A DNA stretch of 64,000 nucleotides, from positions 28,947 through 92,946 of the forward strand of contig CAZQWQ010000028.1 of assembly GCA_964596925.1 (NCBI GenBank), read 5' to 3'. Both the position numbers and the translations under genes were made by a program. This document shows positions 8,509 through 20,524 of the stretch, in pieces (positions within the stretch are counted from its first letter, which is position 1; the number at the start of each line of letters is the position of its first letter). The notes under the pieces are model-generated. The model was not told the origin of the DNA and made no database searches. It saw only the letters and a list, made by a program, of their open reading frames with translations. Origin of the DNA: an uncultured Gemmatimonadaceae bacterium (GTDB taxonomy: Bacteria; Gemmatimonadota; Gemmatimonadetes; Gemmatimonadales; GWC2-71-9).

Positions 8509-10521
8509 CTACGGAACCACCCCACCCGCCACCCTTGCCACCCACAGCCCCGAATTGATGTCGCTCGCGTAGATGAAGCCGTGGTGCGGGATCGCGCTCC
8601 AGGTGAGCGCCATGTTGGGCCGGTACCCCTCCAGCGACCCGGTGTAGAGACTGCCCACCACTCGCCCCTGGGCGCGCAGGTCGCCGCGCAGCTCGCCGCT
8701 CACGTCCACGACCCGGATGCCGCCGTTGTAGCCGCCGATGTAGGCCAACCCGTCCTGCACGGTGATGTTGTGCACCCCGAACTCGATCGGATCGTAAAAC
8801 GCCACCGGGCGGGGGTGCTCGAGATCGCTCACATCGACCACGTGCATCAGCCCCCGGGTGGCAAACTGCTCGCGCGAGAACAGATCTGCCGTCCCGGGAT
8901 ACGATTCGTCACCCAGAAAAACGTAGTTCCCCGAGCGGAACACGGCGTGGGTCCCCGCGATGAAGCCCGGCGGATAGAGTCCGGCGTGATTGTAGGTGTA
9001 CCGGGCCACGAACTGCGGATTCGTGATCGTGCCGCCCTTGATGCCGTTGCCGATGTCGAGAATCACCAGCCCATCGCGCCAGTACGCGAGATAGGCCAGT
9101 CCATTTTCGACGTACACGTCGTGGAGGTAGCGCTGTGGGATGATGTTCAGGAACTCCACGGCGTACGGCACGGCGGGGATGTCGCGCGGCACCTCCCACC
9201 GGGCCACCTGCTTGGGAGCACGCGGGTCGGCGAAGTCGATGATCCGGAGCGACCCTGTCGCATCGTCGGTCGCGAACACGTAGTGCTGGTACACGAACGC
9301 GCTGTGCACGCCGCCCGTCACCGTCTCGGTGAACTCCGACAAGAGCGTCGGGTGCCGCGGATCGGTGGCGTCGAAGAACACCAGGCCGTTCTTGCGGCTG
9401 CTCGCCCCCTCGCGACTCACCACGAGAATCTTGCCGTCAGCGCTGGTCATCACGTCATTCACGAGCCGCGCGTCGACCGTCAGCGAGTCCACGAGTTTGG
9501 GCGACGCCGGGTCGCCGATGTCGAACACGTACACCGCGCTCCCGATGCTCGACAGGTAGACCACGTCGCCCACCGGCCAGATCTCCCCGCCCTGGACATC
9601 CTTGGGCAACGCCGTGTGGGACACGAAATCGACCCACCGCGGGTCGCGGCGCGGCAGGATTTGCACGGCGGCGGAGGCGACGCGGTTGCCGACCGTGGCG
9701 GTGACCGGGTACGTCCCGGCGACCCGGGCCACGAGGCGGCCATCGGGGAACATCTCCGCGCCGGCGCCGGTCACGCCCCAGCGCACCCGCAGACCACCTA
9801 CGGGGCGGCCGTTGGCCCCGCGCGGCTCCGCCCGCAATGCCACGACGTCGCCGACCCGCGCCGGCGCGGGCGCGAGGACCCGCAACGTCGCAACTGGATT
9901 CACCCGGACCGTGATGTCATAGCGGGCGGTCAACGCGCCAAGGGTGGCTCCGATCGTGGTGCGCCCGACGACTTTCGCCCGCACGAAACCGCTGGGCGAT
10001 ACCTCGGCGACGGCCGGGCCGAGCGAGTGCCATTGGATCCCCGCGGTCCCCGGGCCCGCGTCCAGCGGGTCGCCGACCACGGTGAAGGCGCGGGCCGAGA
10101 GATGCAGACCCTCGCCCACGACCAGGTCGGGGCCGCCGTCGGGTGCCACGATCTCGAGCCGCACCGGCGCTCGCTCCGCGATGTCGAGCACCGCGAATCC
10201 TGGCTTCCCGCCGACCAGGGCGAACACATAGGTCTGCCCCGGGCGCGTCGTCGTGACCAGGCCCGTGGTGTCAGCCGCCGCGATATCGAACGGCGTCGCG
10301 AACCACACGGTCGGCGCGCCCGCCACGACAGTGCCGCTCGCGTCCTTGGCCGTGACCTGGAAGCGGATCGTGTCCCCGGCCGTCACCGCCGCGCGCGCGG
10401 GACTCACCTCGACGGTGGCGACCTGTTGGGCCGGGAGTGCGCCCACCAGGAGCAGCAGCAGCGCGACGCAACCGAGCGGCGCGCGGACGGAACGCACGGA
10501 AACGCTTCGAGGGTGTGGCAT
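8509..10521 (-). CDS. Secreted protein with N-terminal Ig-like (Big_2-type) domains and a C-terminal LVIVD-repeat beta-propeller
   Basis: Signal peptide (APLGCVALLLLLVGALPAQQ). It has Ig-like segments (VEVSPARAAVTAGDTIRFQVTAKDASG) and repeated LVIVD-type strands (GLVILDIGN, LRIIDFADP, VYVFDIGDP, MHVVDVSD, IRVVDVSG). Confidence 0.7.
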   Translation of the reverse strand: MPHPRSVSVRSVRAPLGCVALLLLLVGALPAQQVATVEVSPARAAVTAGDTIRFQVTAKDASGTVVAGAPTVWFATPFDIAAADTTGLVTTTRPGQTYVFALVGGKPGFAVLDIAERAPVRLEIVAPDGGPDLVVGEGLHLSARAFTVVGDPLDAGPGTAGIQWHSLGPAVAEVSPSGFVRAKVVGRTTIGATLGALTARYDITVRVNPVATLRVLAPAPARVGDVVALRAEPRGANGRPVGGLRVRWGVTGAGAEMFPDGRLVARVAGTYPVTATVGNRVASAAVQILPRRDPRWVDFVSHTALPKDVQGGEIWPVGDVVYLSSIGSAVYVFDIGDPASPKLVDSLTVDARLVNDVMTSADGKILVVSREGASSRKNGLVFFDATDPRHPTLLSEFTETVTGGVHSAFVYQHYVFATDDATGSLRIIDFADPRAPKQVARWEVPRDIPAVPYAVEFLNIIPQRYLHDVYVENGLAYLAYWRDGLVILDIGNGIKGGTITNPQFVARYTYNHAGLYPPGFIAGTHAVFRSGNYVFLGDESYPGTADLFSREQFATRGLMHVVDVSDLEHPRPVAFYDPIEFGVHNITVQDGLAYIGGYNGGIRVVDVSGELRGDLRAQGRVVGSLYTGSLEGYRPNMALTWSAIPHHGFIYASDINSGLWVARVAGGVVP

Positions 10522-10533
10522 GAGGACCTCGCT

Positions 10534-13041
10534 CTATTTCGGATTCAGGATCTGGTCGATCCGCGCCAGAAGCTGTACCACGTGCGCCCGTGTGGGCCGG
10601 TCAACCACTCGGGCCTGCACGCCCCGCAATACGCCCGCCAGGTCCTGCAGTTCGAGGCGCGCCATGGCCTGCGCATCGCCGGGTCGTGGCGGCGGCGGTT
10701 GGAACCCCGCGAATCCCTGGAACGGACTCGGCGGTGCCACAAGCGGCGTGTTCAGGAGCCGGTCCATCTGTTCCACGAAGGCGGTTTGCAAGTTCCGCCG
10801 GTAGCCGTCCACGACGGGGGCGCCACGGAACTCCGCGAAGATGCCGCGGCGCACGTCCCCGAACAGGTCAGCGAGGGTGTACGCCTCCCCTGCCGGTTGC
10901 GTAGCCTGCTGGTCAGCAAGGCGGGACAAACGCGCGTCCTGGAATAGCGCGTTCAGCACGGCCCCCTGGCGCACCCGCACCCGCTCCACGAACCCGGCGG
11001 GCTCGATGCGTCGCAACACCTCGGGATCGAAGAAGAACGAGGGCGTGGCGAACGCGTTCTCGTTCAGGAACCGCACGGCCTCGACCTGGCGCGCGCGCGG
11101 CACCGGTGTGTGGATGACGCCGCCTTGCGACGGATACTTTTCGTGGCGCAGCACCCCGCCCACCACCACCGCCACGTGGTTCATCTCGAGTCCCCACTGT
11201 CCGATGAGTCGGCCATACAAATCGTCGAGCAGATCGTAGTCCTCGAGCCGGTTCGTCGTGGCGGCGGGGATCAACATCGGGACCAGTCGCTTCAGGTTGG
11301 CAAGACCGAAGCGCGTCGCTTTGACGGGGTCATCGCCCAAAGCCTCGGTCTGGGTGCGGGGATCGATGCCGTCTGGATTGCCGAACCGCAACCACGGCAT
11401 CGCATCCTGGAGCCGAGCCAGGGAGTCGAGGAACGTCCGCTCCCCTTCGGGACTCGTGGCGCCTGGCACGCGCCGGTAGCCCCAGTCGATCACGTAGTGG
11501 TCCCAGATCCCGATCTTCGGCATCAACTGCACGTCGTCCCCCGGTTGCGCCACGTAGTTGTTGCGCGCGTAATCCATGATCGAGTACGACGTGCCGTGCA
11601 GCCGCGAGTAGGTCGGGCTGCGCAGCGAGTCGACCGGGTAGTAGCCCGAGGACAGCTGGTTGTGCGGCAGGCCAAGCGTGTGCCCCACCTCATGCGTGGC
11701 CACGTAGGCGACCATCTCTCCCATTACCGAGTCCGGGAACGGCAAAGCGCGGGCGCGCGGGTCCACCGCCCCCGCCTGCGCCCAGTACCAGGCCTGCAGC
11801 AGGCTCGTGATGTTGTGGAACCAGCCGATATTCGACTGCAGGATCTCGCCGCTCCGCGGGTCGTTGACGTGCGGGCCGTAGGCGTTTTCGATGGTGGACG
11901 GCAGCCAGCGGATCGCGGAGTAGCGGGCGTCGTCGAGGTCGAACTCGGGGTCCTCCTGCGGCGTGGGCGCGGGCCGGGCCATGATGGCGTTGCTGAACCC
12001 CGCGGTGCGGAATACCGGCTCCCACAGCCCGACGCCCTTGATGAGCCAGGGGACCCATTTCTCCGGCGTCGCCGGGTCGAGGTAGAAGATGATGGGCTTC
12101 ACCGGATCGCTCACCGCAGCGCTCGGATCTTTGGGCTCCAGCCGCCACCGGGTGATGTAGCACCGGGTGGGCACCCGCGGGTCGTCCGTCCCGAAGTCCT
12201 CGTAGCTCACCGAGAAGAATCCAACCCGGTTGTCGCATAGCCGCGGCCGCATCGCCTGCTCCGGCAGCAGCACCATCGAAAAATTCGTGGGGATCGTGAT
12301 GGTATTGAGCGACCGGTCCGGGAAGCCACCCGCGGCACCAGGCACCGAGTCCACCTCGAAGGTTTGCAGCGCCGTTACCTCCACGTTGCGGGGGAAGCTC
12401 CGTGCGCGCTCGACTAACGAGCGCGAAGGATCGAAGCGACGCACGCGCATGCCGAGCTGGCGCACGTTGAGCTCGGCCACGTCGGTCGTGAACAGACTCG
12501 TCACCTCGACGACCGCGTTCGAATCACCCACGCTCCACGCCGCAATGTCGAAGCTCTTGATGATCGGCGGGGTGTTCGAGAGGCTCACCGCGCGGCTGAC
12601 CGGAAGGGTCGAGTCGGCCCGCATGGCGTAGCTCACCATTCGCAGGAGCATGCGGTTGCCGATGCGATCCCAGCGCACCACCCGCGCGGCGATCTGCTCG
12701 CCGGCATAGCCTATGCCGCGAATCGTGCCGCGGCGGTCCACCACGAGTCGGAATTCGCGGCCCAGCATCGCCCGCGGCACCTCGTAGAACAGCTTGTCGT
12801 CGATGCGGTGCACGATGAACACACCGGAGTCGGTCACCGCATCCTTGGTGATCACTTGGGCGTAGGGGCGTGGTCCCTGAGCGGGCCGAGTCGTATCACC
12901 CCGGGCGCGAGCCGGCGGCTGCTGCCCGGGCGACGGTAGGGCGCCAGCCGGCGCGGGCGACGGCGCGCCCGGCGACGAAGCGGCGCGACTGCAGGCCAGA
13001 ACCGCGAGCGTGAGCACGGCGAACGGGGAAAGTCGCATCAT
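10534..13041 (-). CDS. Zinc-dependent metalloprotease lipoprotein (met-zincin, HExxHxxGxxH)
   Basis: Lipobox LAVLAC at the N-terminus. The HEVGHTLGLPHN motif sits in an 835-aa protein resembling the large secreted zinc-dependent metalloprotease family. Confidence 0.75.
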   Translation of the reverse strand: MMRLSPFAVLTLAVLACSRAASSPGAPSPAPAGALPSPGQQPPARARGDTTRPAQGPRPYAQVITKDAVTDSGVFIVHRIDDKLFYEVPRAMLGREFRLVVDRRGTIRGIGYAGEQIAARVVRWDRIGNRMLLRMVSYAMRADSTLPVSRAVSLSNTPPIIKSFDIAAWSVGDSNAVVEVTSLFTTDVAELNVRQLGMRVRRFDPSRSLVERARSFPRNVEVTALQTFEVDSVPGAAGGFPDRSLNTITIPTNFSMVLLPEQAMRPRLCDNRVGFFSVSYEDFGTDDPRVPTRCYITRWRLEPKDPSAAVSDPVKPIIFYLDPATPEKWVPWLIKGVGLWEPVFRTAGFSNAIMARPAPTPQEDPEFDLDDARYSAIRWLPSTIENAYGPHVNDPRSGEILQSNIGWFHNITSLLQAWYWAQAGAVDPRARALPFPDSVMGEMVAYVATHEVGHTLGLPHNQLSSGYYPVDSLRSPTYSRLHGTSYSIMDYARNNYVAQPGDDVQLMPKIGIWDHYVIDWGYRRVPGATSPEGERTFLDSLARLQDAMPWLRFGNPDGIDPRTQTEALGDDPVKATRFGLANLKRLVPMLIPAATTNRLEDYDLLDDLYGRLIGQWGLEMNHVAVVVGGVLRHEKYPSQGGVIHTPVPRARQVEAVRFLNENAFATPSFFFDPEVLRRIEPAGFVERVRVRQGAVLNALFQDARLSRLADQQATQPAGEAYTLADLFGDVRRGIFAEFRGAPVVDGYRRNLQTAFVEQMDRLLNTPLVAPPSPFQGFAGFQPPPPRPGDAQAMARLELQDLAGVLRGVQARVVDRPTRAHVVQLLARIDQILNPK

Positions 13042-13140
13042 AGTGCTTCTCCTCGAAACGAATGGGGCGGAAACAGCCGTGACGACGCGTCCAGGTAACG
13101 CGAGACGTTACGGCGCGGCGTGGCGCGGCGCCAGTTGGCG

Positions 13141-14373
13141 CTACCGAGTGATCAACCGCACCGCCCGCTCGTAGAAAAAGTAGTCCCAGGCCCAGTTGAT
13201 CAGCACGAACAGCTTGTTGCGGAACCCGATCAGCTGGATCAAGTGCACCACCAGCCAAACGACCCACGCCGGGAACCCCGTGAAGCCGATCCCTCGGATG
13301 TAGGCGACGGCGGCGTTCCGTCCGATCGTCGCGAGCTGACCGGGATCGCGGTAGCGGAACACGACCGGCGGTGCACCGCGAAGCTGCCGGGCGATCGTGT
13401 CGGCGGCGGTTTCGGCCATCTGCATCGCGACCGGTGCCATCATGGGGAGCGATGCGCCATCGGTCTCGAGGCTGGCGGCATCGCCCACCACGAACACCTC
13501 AGGGTGGCCGGCCAGCTGCAGCGTGGGTCCCACCACCACGCGGCCCAGCCGTCCGGTGGGCAGACCGAGCCGCTCGGCGAGCGACGCAGCCCGAACCCCA
13601 GCCGCCCACACCAGCGTCTTGGCGGGAATCACCTCCCCGCTCTTGAGGCGCGTGCTGCTCCCGTCGAAATCGGCCACGGCGGCGCCGTGGCGTACCTCCA
13701 CGTGTTTCCTCCACAGGGTCGCCGCCGCCGCCTCCGAAAGCTTCGGCGGCATCCCCGCCAGCAGCCGGTCACCGGCCTCGAGCAGCAGTACCCGGACGTC
13801 CTTCAGGTTGAGACGCGGGTAGTCCTTCACCAGCACCAGCCGGATCAGCTCGGAGAGCGCGCCCGCCATCTCGACGCCCGTCGGTCCGCCGCCCACCACC
13901 ACGAAGGTCAGAAGGGCGCGCCGCCGCTCGGGGTTGGGCTCGAGCATCGCCCGCTCGAAGCAGGTGAGGACCTGATTGCGAATCCGGACGGCATCGGCCA
14001 CGTCCTTCAGGCCGAACCCGTGTTGTTCCACGCCCGCGAGCCCGAAGAAGTTGGTTTGGGCGCCCGCGGCCAGGATCAGGAAATCGTACGGGATCGGATG
14101 GTCGTCGGTCAGCACGCGACGCGCGCCGAGATCGATCCCCGTGACGCAGGCCAGCCGGAACTCGAAGTTCTTTTGGCCGCGGAGGATCGCCCGCACCGGC
14201 TTGGCGATCTCTTCCGGCTCGAGGCCGGCGGTCGCGACCTGGTACAACAACGGTTGGAACAGGTGGTAATTGTGTTGATCGACCAGTACGACCTGCACCG
14301 GCACTTTGCGCAGTGCGCGCGCAGCCCGGAGGCCGCCGAATCCCGCGCCGATGACTACAACGGTGGGTGGCAC
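13141..14373 (-). CDS. ndh: Type II NADH dehydrogenase (NDH-2), FAD-dependent (410 aa)
   Basis: VVVIGAGFGGLRAARAL dinucleotide fold directly after GTG 14373, and a second GGGPTGVEMAGAL motif. The upstream 233 codons of track ORF 13141..15072 overlap sdhC antisense and are artefactual. Confidence 0.88.
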   Translation of the reverse strand: MPPTVVVIGAGFGGLRAARALRKVPVQVVLVDQHNYHLFQPLLYQVATAGLEPEEIAKPVRAILRGQKNFEFRLACVTGIDLGARRVLTDDHPIPYDFLILAAGAQTNFFGLAGVEQHGFGLKDVADAVRIRNQVLTCFERAMLEPNPERRRALLTFVVVGGGPTGVEMAGALSELIRLVLVKDYPRLNLKDVRVLLLEAGDRLLAGMPPKLSEAAAATLWRKHVEVRHGAAVADFDGSSTRLKSGEVIPAKTLVWAAGVRAASLAERLGLPTGRLGRVVVGPTLQLAGHPEVFVVGDAASLETDGASLPMMAPVAMQMAETAADTIARQLRGAPPVVFRYRDPGQLATIGRNAAVAYIRGIGFTGFPAWVVWLVVHLIQLIGFRNKLFVLINWAWDYFFYERAVRLITR

Positions 14374-14455
14374 GCCGGGTAGTCTACACGAGCCAGTCGA
14401 GGATCGTCCAGCTTTACCGCATTCCGATCGTTGTGTATCATCCGTCCGACTTTCA

Positions 14456-14478
14456 CCCCACCCCCACCCCCCACCCCC
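14456..14478. other. C4-A-C5-A-C6-A-C5 tract (i-motif on the + strand, canonical G-quadruplex motif on the - strand) in the ndh/sdhC divergent spacer
   Basis: CCCCACCCCCACCCCCCACCCCC read directly. It ends immediately 5' of the GGAG Shine-Dalgarno and ATG 14488 of sdhC. Confidence 0.6.
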
Positions 14479-14487
14479 GGAGCCGCG

Positions 14488-15165
14488 ATGTCCCGCGTGA
14501 CCGCCCTCACGCACTCGCTCGTCGGCAAGAAAATTCTCATGGCGGTCACCGGCGTGGTTCTGCTGGGCTTCGCCCTCGGTCACATGCTCGGCAACCTCAA
14601 GGTCTTCCAGGGACCTGAGCACTTCAACGCGTACGGCGAAGGGCTCCGCACCCTCGGCGCGCCGCTCTTCGGGCGGGGGCAGGTCTTGTGGCTCGTCCGG
14701 CTGTTCCTGCTCGCCGCGGCCGGGCTCCATATCTGGGCGGCGTACACGGTCACGCGCGCAAGCTGGTCTGCGCGACCGCAAGCGTACCGGCGTCTCCAGC
14801 TCGTCGAGACGACGTACGCCGCCCGCACGATCCGCTGGAGCGCCGTCCTGATCCTGCTCTTCGTCGTCTACCACCTGCTCGATCTCACATTCGGCCGGGT
14901 GAATCCTTCGTTTGTCCCCGGCGACGTGTATCACAACGTGGTCGCCAGCTTTGGCCGAGTCCCAGTCGCCGTGGCGTACGTCGTGACGATGGGTGCCCTG
15001 GGCCTCCATCTGTACCACGGCGTCTGTAGCGGCTGCCAGACGCTCGGCGCGAACCATCCCAAGTACAACCATCTGCGGCGCTGGATTGCTCTGGTGTTCA
15101 GCCTGGTCGTGGCCGGCGGCTTCATCGCCGTGCCGGTCGCCGTGCTGACGGGAGTCGTGCGATGA
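14488..15165 (+). CDS. sdhC: Succinate dehydrogenase cytochrome b558-type membrane subunit (225 aa)
   Basis: Five hydrophobic helices with conserved His residues and a position directly upstream of sdhA with a 4-nt overlap. I choose ATG 14488 ([15 protein letters not shown]) because it is preceded by GGAG. Confidence 0.8.
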   Translation: MSRVTALTHSLVGKKILMAVTGVVLLGFALGHMLGNLKVFQGPEHFNAYGEGLRTLGAPLFGRGQVLWLVRLFLLAAAGLHIWAAYTVTRASWSARPQAYRRLQLVETTYAARTIRWSAVLILLFVVYHLLDLTFGRVNPSFVPGDVYHNVVASFGRVPVAVAYVVTMGALGLHLYHGVCSGCQTLGANHPKYNHLRRWIALVFSLVVAGGFIAVPVAVLTGVVR

Positions 15166-17081
15166 CCGTGGAGCTGCGCGCCAGGGTTCCCGGCGGCCCG
15201 CTCGAGCGGCAATGGGACACGCACCGCTTCGAGATGAAGCTCGTCAACCCCGCGAACAAACGACAATTCGAGATCATCGTGGTCGGCTCGGGCCTCGCCG
15301 GCGCGTCGGCGGCTGCCTCCCTCGCCGAGCTTGGGTATCACGTGGCCTGCTTCTGCTTTCAGGACTCCCCGCGCCGCGCGCACTCAATCGCCGCCCAGGG
15401 CGGCATCAACGCGGCGAAGAACTACCAGAACGACGGTGACTCAGTCTGGCGCCTGTTCTACGACACGGTGAAAGGCGGCGATTTCCGCGCCCGCGAGGCG
15501 AACGTGTACCGGCTCGCCCAGATCAGCGTCGACATCATCGACCAATGCGTCGCCCAGGGCGTGCCGTTCGCCCGTGAATACGGAGGGTTCCTCGCCAACC
15601 GGTCCTTTGGCGGCGCCCAGGTCTCGCGCACGTTCTACGCGCGCGGCCAGACCGGACAGCAGCTGCTGCTCGGCGCCTACCAGGCACTCTCCCGGCAAAT
15701 CGGACTCGGTCAGGTGCGAATGTACCCGCGCACCGAGATGCTCGATCTCGTCGTGATTGACGGAAAAGCGCGCGGCATCGTGGTGCGCGATCTCGTCACG
15801 GGTGCAGTCCGGTCGCACGCGGCCCACGCCGTCGTGCTGGCGACGGGTGGCTACGCGAACGCCTATTTTCTCTCGACCAACGCGAAGGGCTGCAACGTCA
15901 CCGCGACGTGGCGCGCCCATAAGCGCGGCGCGCTGTTCGCCAATCCCTGCTTCACCCAGATCCACCCCACCTGCATCCCGGCCGCGGGAGAGCACCAGTC
16001 GAAGCTGACGCTGATGAGCGAGTCGCTGCGCAATGACGGGCGGATTTGGATCCCCAGCAAGCAGGGCGACCACCGGCCGCCCAACGCGATTCCGCCCGCC
16101 GAACGGGATTACTACCTCGAGCGACTGTACCCGAGTTTCGGCAACCTCGTCCCGCGGGATGTCGCGTCGCGCCGCGCCAAAGAGATGTGCGACGCGGGCC
16201 ACAGCGTCGTCCCGGGGGGGCACGGGGTGTACCTCGACTTCCACGACGCGATCCAGCGGGTCGGCCGCCAGACCATCGCCGAGCGTTATGGCAACCTGTT
16301 CGAGATGTACGAGCGCATCACGGGGGAGGATCCGTTCACGGTGCCAATGCGCATCTACCCCGCCCCGCACTACACCATGGGTGGGTTGTGGGTGGACTAC
16401 AACCTCATGTCCACCCTCGAGGGCCTGCACGTGATCGGCGAGGCGAACTTCTCCGACCACGGCGCCAATCGCCTCGGCGCCTCGGCGCTGATGCAGGGCC
16501 TCGCAGACGGGTATTTCATCCTTCCTTCGACGATCGGCGACTACTTGGGTCAGGCGAAGCTCCCTCCAGTCGATGCTGGGCACCCGGCGTTCCGGACAGT
16601 GGAACAGGAAGTCCGCGACCGCACCACAAAGTTGCTGGCCATCAACGGCACGCGCAGCGTGGATGCCTTCCACCGCGAGCTCGGGGCCCTGTTGTGGAAT
16701 CGCTGCGGCATGTCCCGCTCTCGCGCCGGTCTGACGGAAGCGATCGCCGGCATCCGGCAACTCCGCGAGCGCTTTTGGGCGGAGGTCTTTGTCGGCGGTA
16801 AGGGTGAGGACCTGAACCAGTCACTCGAGAAGGCCGGTCGCGTAGCGGACTTCTTCGAGTTCGCCGAGCTCATGTGCGTAGACGCGCTGCACCGCGAGGA
16901 ATCGTGCGGCGGACACTTTCGCGAGGAGCATGTGACGGCCGAAGGCGAAGCCGCCCGCGACGACGCGCGGTTTTCCTACGTCGCGGCGTGGGAATGGACG
17001 GGCGCGGGGAACGCGCCGGAGCTGCATCGGGAGCCGCTGAGCTTCCAGCACGTTCACCTCGCGCAGCGGAGCTACAAATGA
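15162..17081 (+). CDS. sdhA: Succinate dehydrogenase / fumarate reductase flavoprotein subunit
   Basis: [17 protein letters not shown] fold, the [12 protein letters not shown] covalent-FAD histidine motif, and a 639-aa length. Confidence 0.95.
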   Translation: MTVELRARVPGGPLERQWDTHRFEMKLVNPANKRQFEIIVVGSGLAGASAAASLAELGYHVACFCFQDSPRRAHSIAAQGGINAAKNYQNDGDSVWRLFYDTVKGGDFRAREANVYRLAQISVDIIDQCVAQGVPFAREYGGFLANRSFGGAQVSRTFYARGQTGQQLLLGAYQALSRQIGLGQVRMYPRTEMLDLVVIDGKARGIVVRDLVTGAVRSHAAHAVVLATGGYANAYFLSTNAKGCNVTATWRAHKRGALFANPCFTQIHPTCIPAAGEHQSKLTLMSESLRNDGRIWIPSKQGDHRPPNAIPPAERDYYLERLYPSFGNLVPRDVASRRAKEMCDAGHSVVPGGHGVYLDFHDAIQRVGRQTIAERYGNLFEMYERITGEDPFTVPMRIYPAPHYTMGGLWVDYNLMSTLEGLHVIGEANFSDHGANRLGASALMQGLADGYFILPSTIGDYLGQAKLPPVDAGHPAFRTVEQEVRDRTTKLLAINGTRSVDAFHRELGALLWNRCGMSRSRAGLTEAIAGIRQLRERFWAEVFVGGKGEDLNQSLEKAGRVADFFEFAELMCVDALHREESCGGHFREEHVTAEGEAARDDARFSYVAAWEWTGAGNAPELHREPLSFQHVHLAQRSYK

Positions 17082-17857
17082 TGACAATCATCCTCCATGT
17101 GTGGCGCCAGGCGGGCCCCGGCGCGGCAGGACGGTTCGTGCGCTACGAGGTGCAGCGGGTCTCTCCCGACATCTCCTTCCTCGAGATGCTGGACGGGCTG
17201 AACGAAATGCTCGCCGCCCGGAAGGAAGAGCCGATCGCGTTCGACCATGATTGCCGGGAGGGGGTCTGCGGCTCGTGCGGCATGGTGATCAACGGCCGGC
17301 CGCACGGACCGCACGAGGCGACCACGGCGTGCCAGCTCCACATGCGCGCGTTCCGGGACGGCGACGAGATCTGGATCGAGCCGTGGCGCGCGAAGGCGTT
17401 CCCGGTGCTGAAGGACCTCGTGGTGGACCGCGGCGCGTTTGACCGGCTCATGCAGGCGGGTGGGTTCATCACGGCGCGTGCCGGGAGCGCCCCGGAGGCG
17501 AACGCCATCCTCGTCCCCAAACGCGACGCCGAGCGCGCGATGGACGCGGCGGTCTGCATCGGCTGCGGCGCCTGTGTCGCGGCGTGCCCCAACGCGTCGG
17601 CCATGTTGTTCGTGGCAGCCAAAGTCGCGCACCTGGCGAGCCTGCCCCAGGGCCAGCCGGAACGCTACCGCCGGGTCGTGGATATGGTGGATGCGATGGA
17701 CGCAGGGGGCTTCGGCGCCTGCACTAATCACGGCGAGTGCATGGCGGCGTGCCCCAAGGAGATCTCGCTGGACGTCATCGCGCAGCTGAACCGGGATTTC
17801 ATCAAGGCGACGGTTGCGCCGCCGCGGGAGGGAAAGGCGTGGAGCGGTACCGCCTAG
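17078..17857 (+). CDS. sdhB: Succinate dehydrogenase iron-sulfur subunit (259 aa)
   Basis: [28 protein letters not shown] and [13 protein letters not shown] cluster motifs. ATG 17078 overlaps the sdhA stop (ATGA). Confidence 0.93.
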   Translation: MMTIILHVWRQAGPGAAGRFVRYEVQRVSPDISFLEMLDGLNEMLAARKEEPIAFDHDCREGVCGSCGMVINGRPHGPHEATTACQLHMRAFRDGDEIWIEPWRAKAFPVLKDLVVDRGAFDRLMQAGGFITARAGSAPEANAILVPKRDAERAMDAAVCIGCGACVAACPNASAMLFVAAKVAHLASLPQGQPERYRRVVDMVDAMDAGGFGACTNHGECMAACPKEISLDVIAQLNRDFIKATVAPPREGKAWSGTA

Positions 17858-17858
17858 G

Positions 17859-18797
17859 CTATAGCTGCACCGCCGCCATCGTCTCCTTGACCGCGTTCGC
17901 CGACTTGGCGAGCGCGGCTTTTTCTTCAGCCGTGAGTTGGACTTCGAGAATCTTCTCCAGGCCACCCTTCCCCAGCTTGCACGGAACGCCGCAGTAGATC
18001 CCCGACAACCCGTACTCACCCTCGAGCCACGCGGCGCAGGGCAGGATGCGTTTCTTGTCCAGCACGATGGATTCCACCATCTGCACGGCGGCCGCCGAGG
18101 GCGCATAATACGCCGATCCAGACTTCAGAAAGGCGACGATCTCGGCTCCGCCGTTTCGCGTGCGGTCCACGATCTTGTCGAGCGCCGTCCGGTCGAGCAG
18201 CTGGGTCACCGGGATCCCGGAGACCGTGGTGTAGCTGATCAGCGGCACCATGGTGTCGCCATGACCGCCCAGCACCATGGCCTGGATATCCTCGACGGAC
18301 ACGCTCAGCGCTTCGGCCAGGAAGCTGCGGTAGCGCGCCGTATCGAGCACGCCCGCCATTCCGAAGACGCGCTCGCGTGGAAAGCCGGTGACCTCCTTGG
18401 TCACCCAGCACATGACGTCGAGCGGGTTCGAGACCACCACCACGATGGCCTTCGGGGACGCCTGCTTGATCTGTTGGGAGACCTGCTTGACGATGTCCGC
18501 GTTGGTGCGGACCAGATCGTCCCGGCTCATGCCGGGCTTGCGCGCGATGCCGGCAGTGACGATGAACAGCTCGCTACCGGCAGCCGGACCGTAATCGTTC
18601 GCTCCGACGATCCGTGTGTCGAACCCCTCGATGGGCGCGGATTCCCACTGGTCGAGGCCTTTGCCCTGCGGGACGCCTTCGACCACGTCCACCAGGACGA
18701 CCGTGCGAGCCAGATTCTTTTCGGCGAGACGCTGCGCCGCGGTAGCGCCGACGTTCCCCGCCCCGACCACTGTGATCTTGTTGAGCATGGGCGGCAA
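17859..18797 (-). CDS. mdh: Malate dehydrogenase (LDH-like MDH)
   Basis: [15 protein letters not shown] Rossmann motif and [17 protein letters not shown]. An alternative start is ATG 18788 (MLNKITVV). Confidence 0.93.
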   Translation of the reverse strand: MPPMLNKITVVGAGNVGATAAQRLAEKNLARTVVLVDVVEGVPQGKGLDQWESAPIEGFDTRIVGANDYGPAAGSELFIVTAGIARKPGMSRDDLVRTNADIVKQVSQQIKQASPKAIVVVVSNPLDVMCWVTKEVTGFPRERVFGMAGVLDTARYRSFLAEALSVSVEDIQAMVLGGHGDTMVPLISYTTVSGIPVTQLLDRTALDKIVDRTRNGGAEIVAFLKSGSAYYAPSAAAVQMVESIVLDKKRILPCAAWLEGEYGLSGIYCGVPCKLGKGGLEKILEVQLTAEEKAALAKSANAVKETMAAVQL

Positions 18798-18806
18798 ATA
18801 TAGGGC

Positions 18807-19834
<1,028 letters not shown>

Positions 19835-19838
<4 letters not shown>

Positions 19839-20272
19839 TCGGGACCCACCACGGCAGGCCGGCCCTGCGGGTCGACCCATAGCGCGGACCCGTCCGCCCG
19901 CAGCTCCTTCTTCCAGACGGGGAGCCGCTGCTTGACGGCCTCGATGACGTAGCGGCAGGCGGCGAACGCTTCACCACGATGCGGCGCCGCGGCCGCGATG
20001 CCGATGCTCGCCTCCTCGGTGGGGACCAGCCCCAGCCGGTGTCGCACCGCGACGCGGACCTCCGGCCACTGCCGCCGTGCCTCGGCGAGAATGCGGTCGA
20101 ACTCCGCCTCTACCATCGCCTCGTACGCGGAATACTCGATGCCGGTCACCCCGCCATCATGCGGCCCGTCGCGCACGGTGCCCAGGAACAGACACGTGCC
20201 CCCGCATTCCGGCGCCGCTACAAGGGCGAGCAGCGCGCTGGGTGAAATAGGCTCGGTCGTGACGTGATGCAT
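19835..20272 (-). CDS. moaE: Molybdopterin synthase catalytic subunit (145 aa)
   Basis: Starts at internal MHHVTTEPISPSALL. Contains GTCLFLGTVRD...IEYSAYEAM...HRGEAF...PVWKKE, typical of MoaE. Confidence 0.88.
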
Positions 20273-20282
20273 GCTGACGGTC

Positions 20283-20522
20283 CTACCCCCCGGCCAGCGG
20301 CGGCAGGAACGCCACCTCGTCCCCGTCCCCGACGGCCGCATCGAGTCGCACGTGCTTGAAGTTGAGCGCCGCCATGGGCCGCTCGGGCAGCTGCTCGCCG
20401 CCGGGGATTTCGTCCCGCACGCGGCGCACAACGTCCGCCACGGTCGCAGGCAGCGGCACGTCGAGCATCGCCTCTTCGCGCCCCAGGAGCTCCGCGTAGC
20501 GGGCGAAGAATCGCAGGCGCAC
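20283..20522 (-). CDS. moaD: Molybdopterin synthase sulfur-carrier subunit (MoaD/ThiS fold, C-terminal GG)
   Basis: Ends ...EVAFLPPLAGG. I prefer GTG 20522, 2 nt after the upstream stop (79 aa). The track start at 20561 would overlap the peptidase gene by 37 nt. Confidence 0.8.
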   Translation of the reverse strand: MRLRFFARYAELLGREEAMLDVPLPATVADVVRRVRDEIPGGEQLPERPMAALNFKHVRLDAAVGDGDEVAFLPPLAGG

Positions 20523-20524
20523 TA

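Noticed and set aside
8497-10947. 816-aa ORF on the + strand spanning the LVIVD-protein and metalloprotease genes
   Set aside because: It is antisense to two genes with clear signal peptides and family motifs. The translation is Arg/Gly/His/Pro-rich low-complexity sequence, typical of shadow ORFs in high-GC DNA.
14374-15072. N-terminal 233 codons of track ORF 13141..15072
   Set aside because: The Rossmann fold of NDH-2 begins immediately after GTG 14373. The extension runs antisense through sdhC and the promoter spacer and is low-complexity.
17855-17861. One-nucleotide spacing between the convergent sdhB and mdh stop codons as a special element
   Set aside because: It was read directly and is real. 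It reflects compact genome organisation, and no conserved structure or extra signal is visible.
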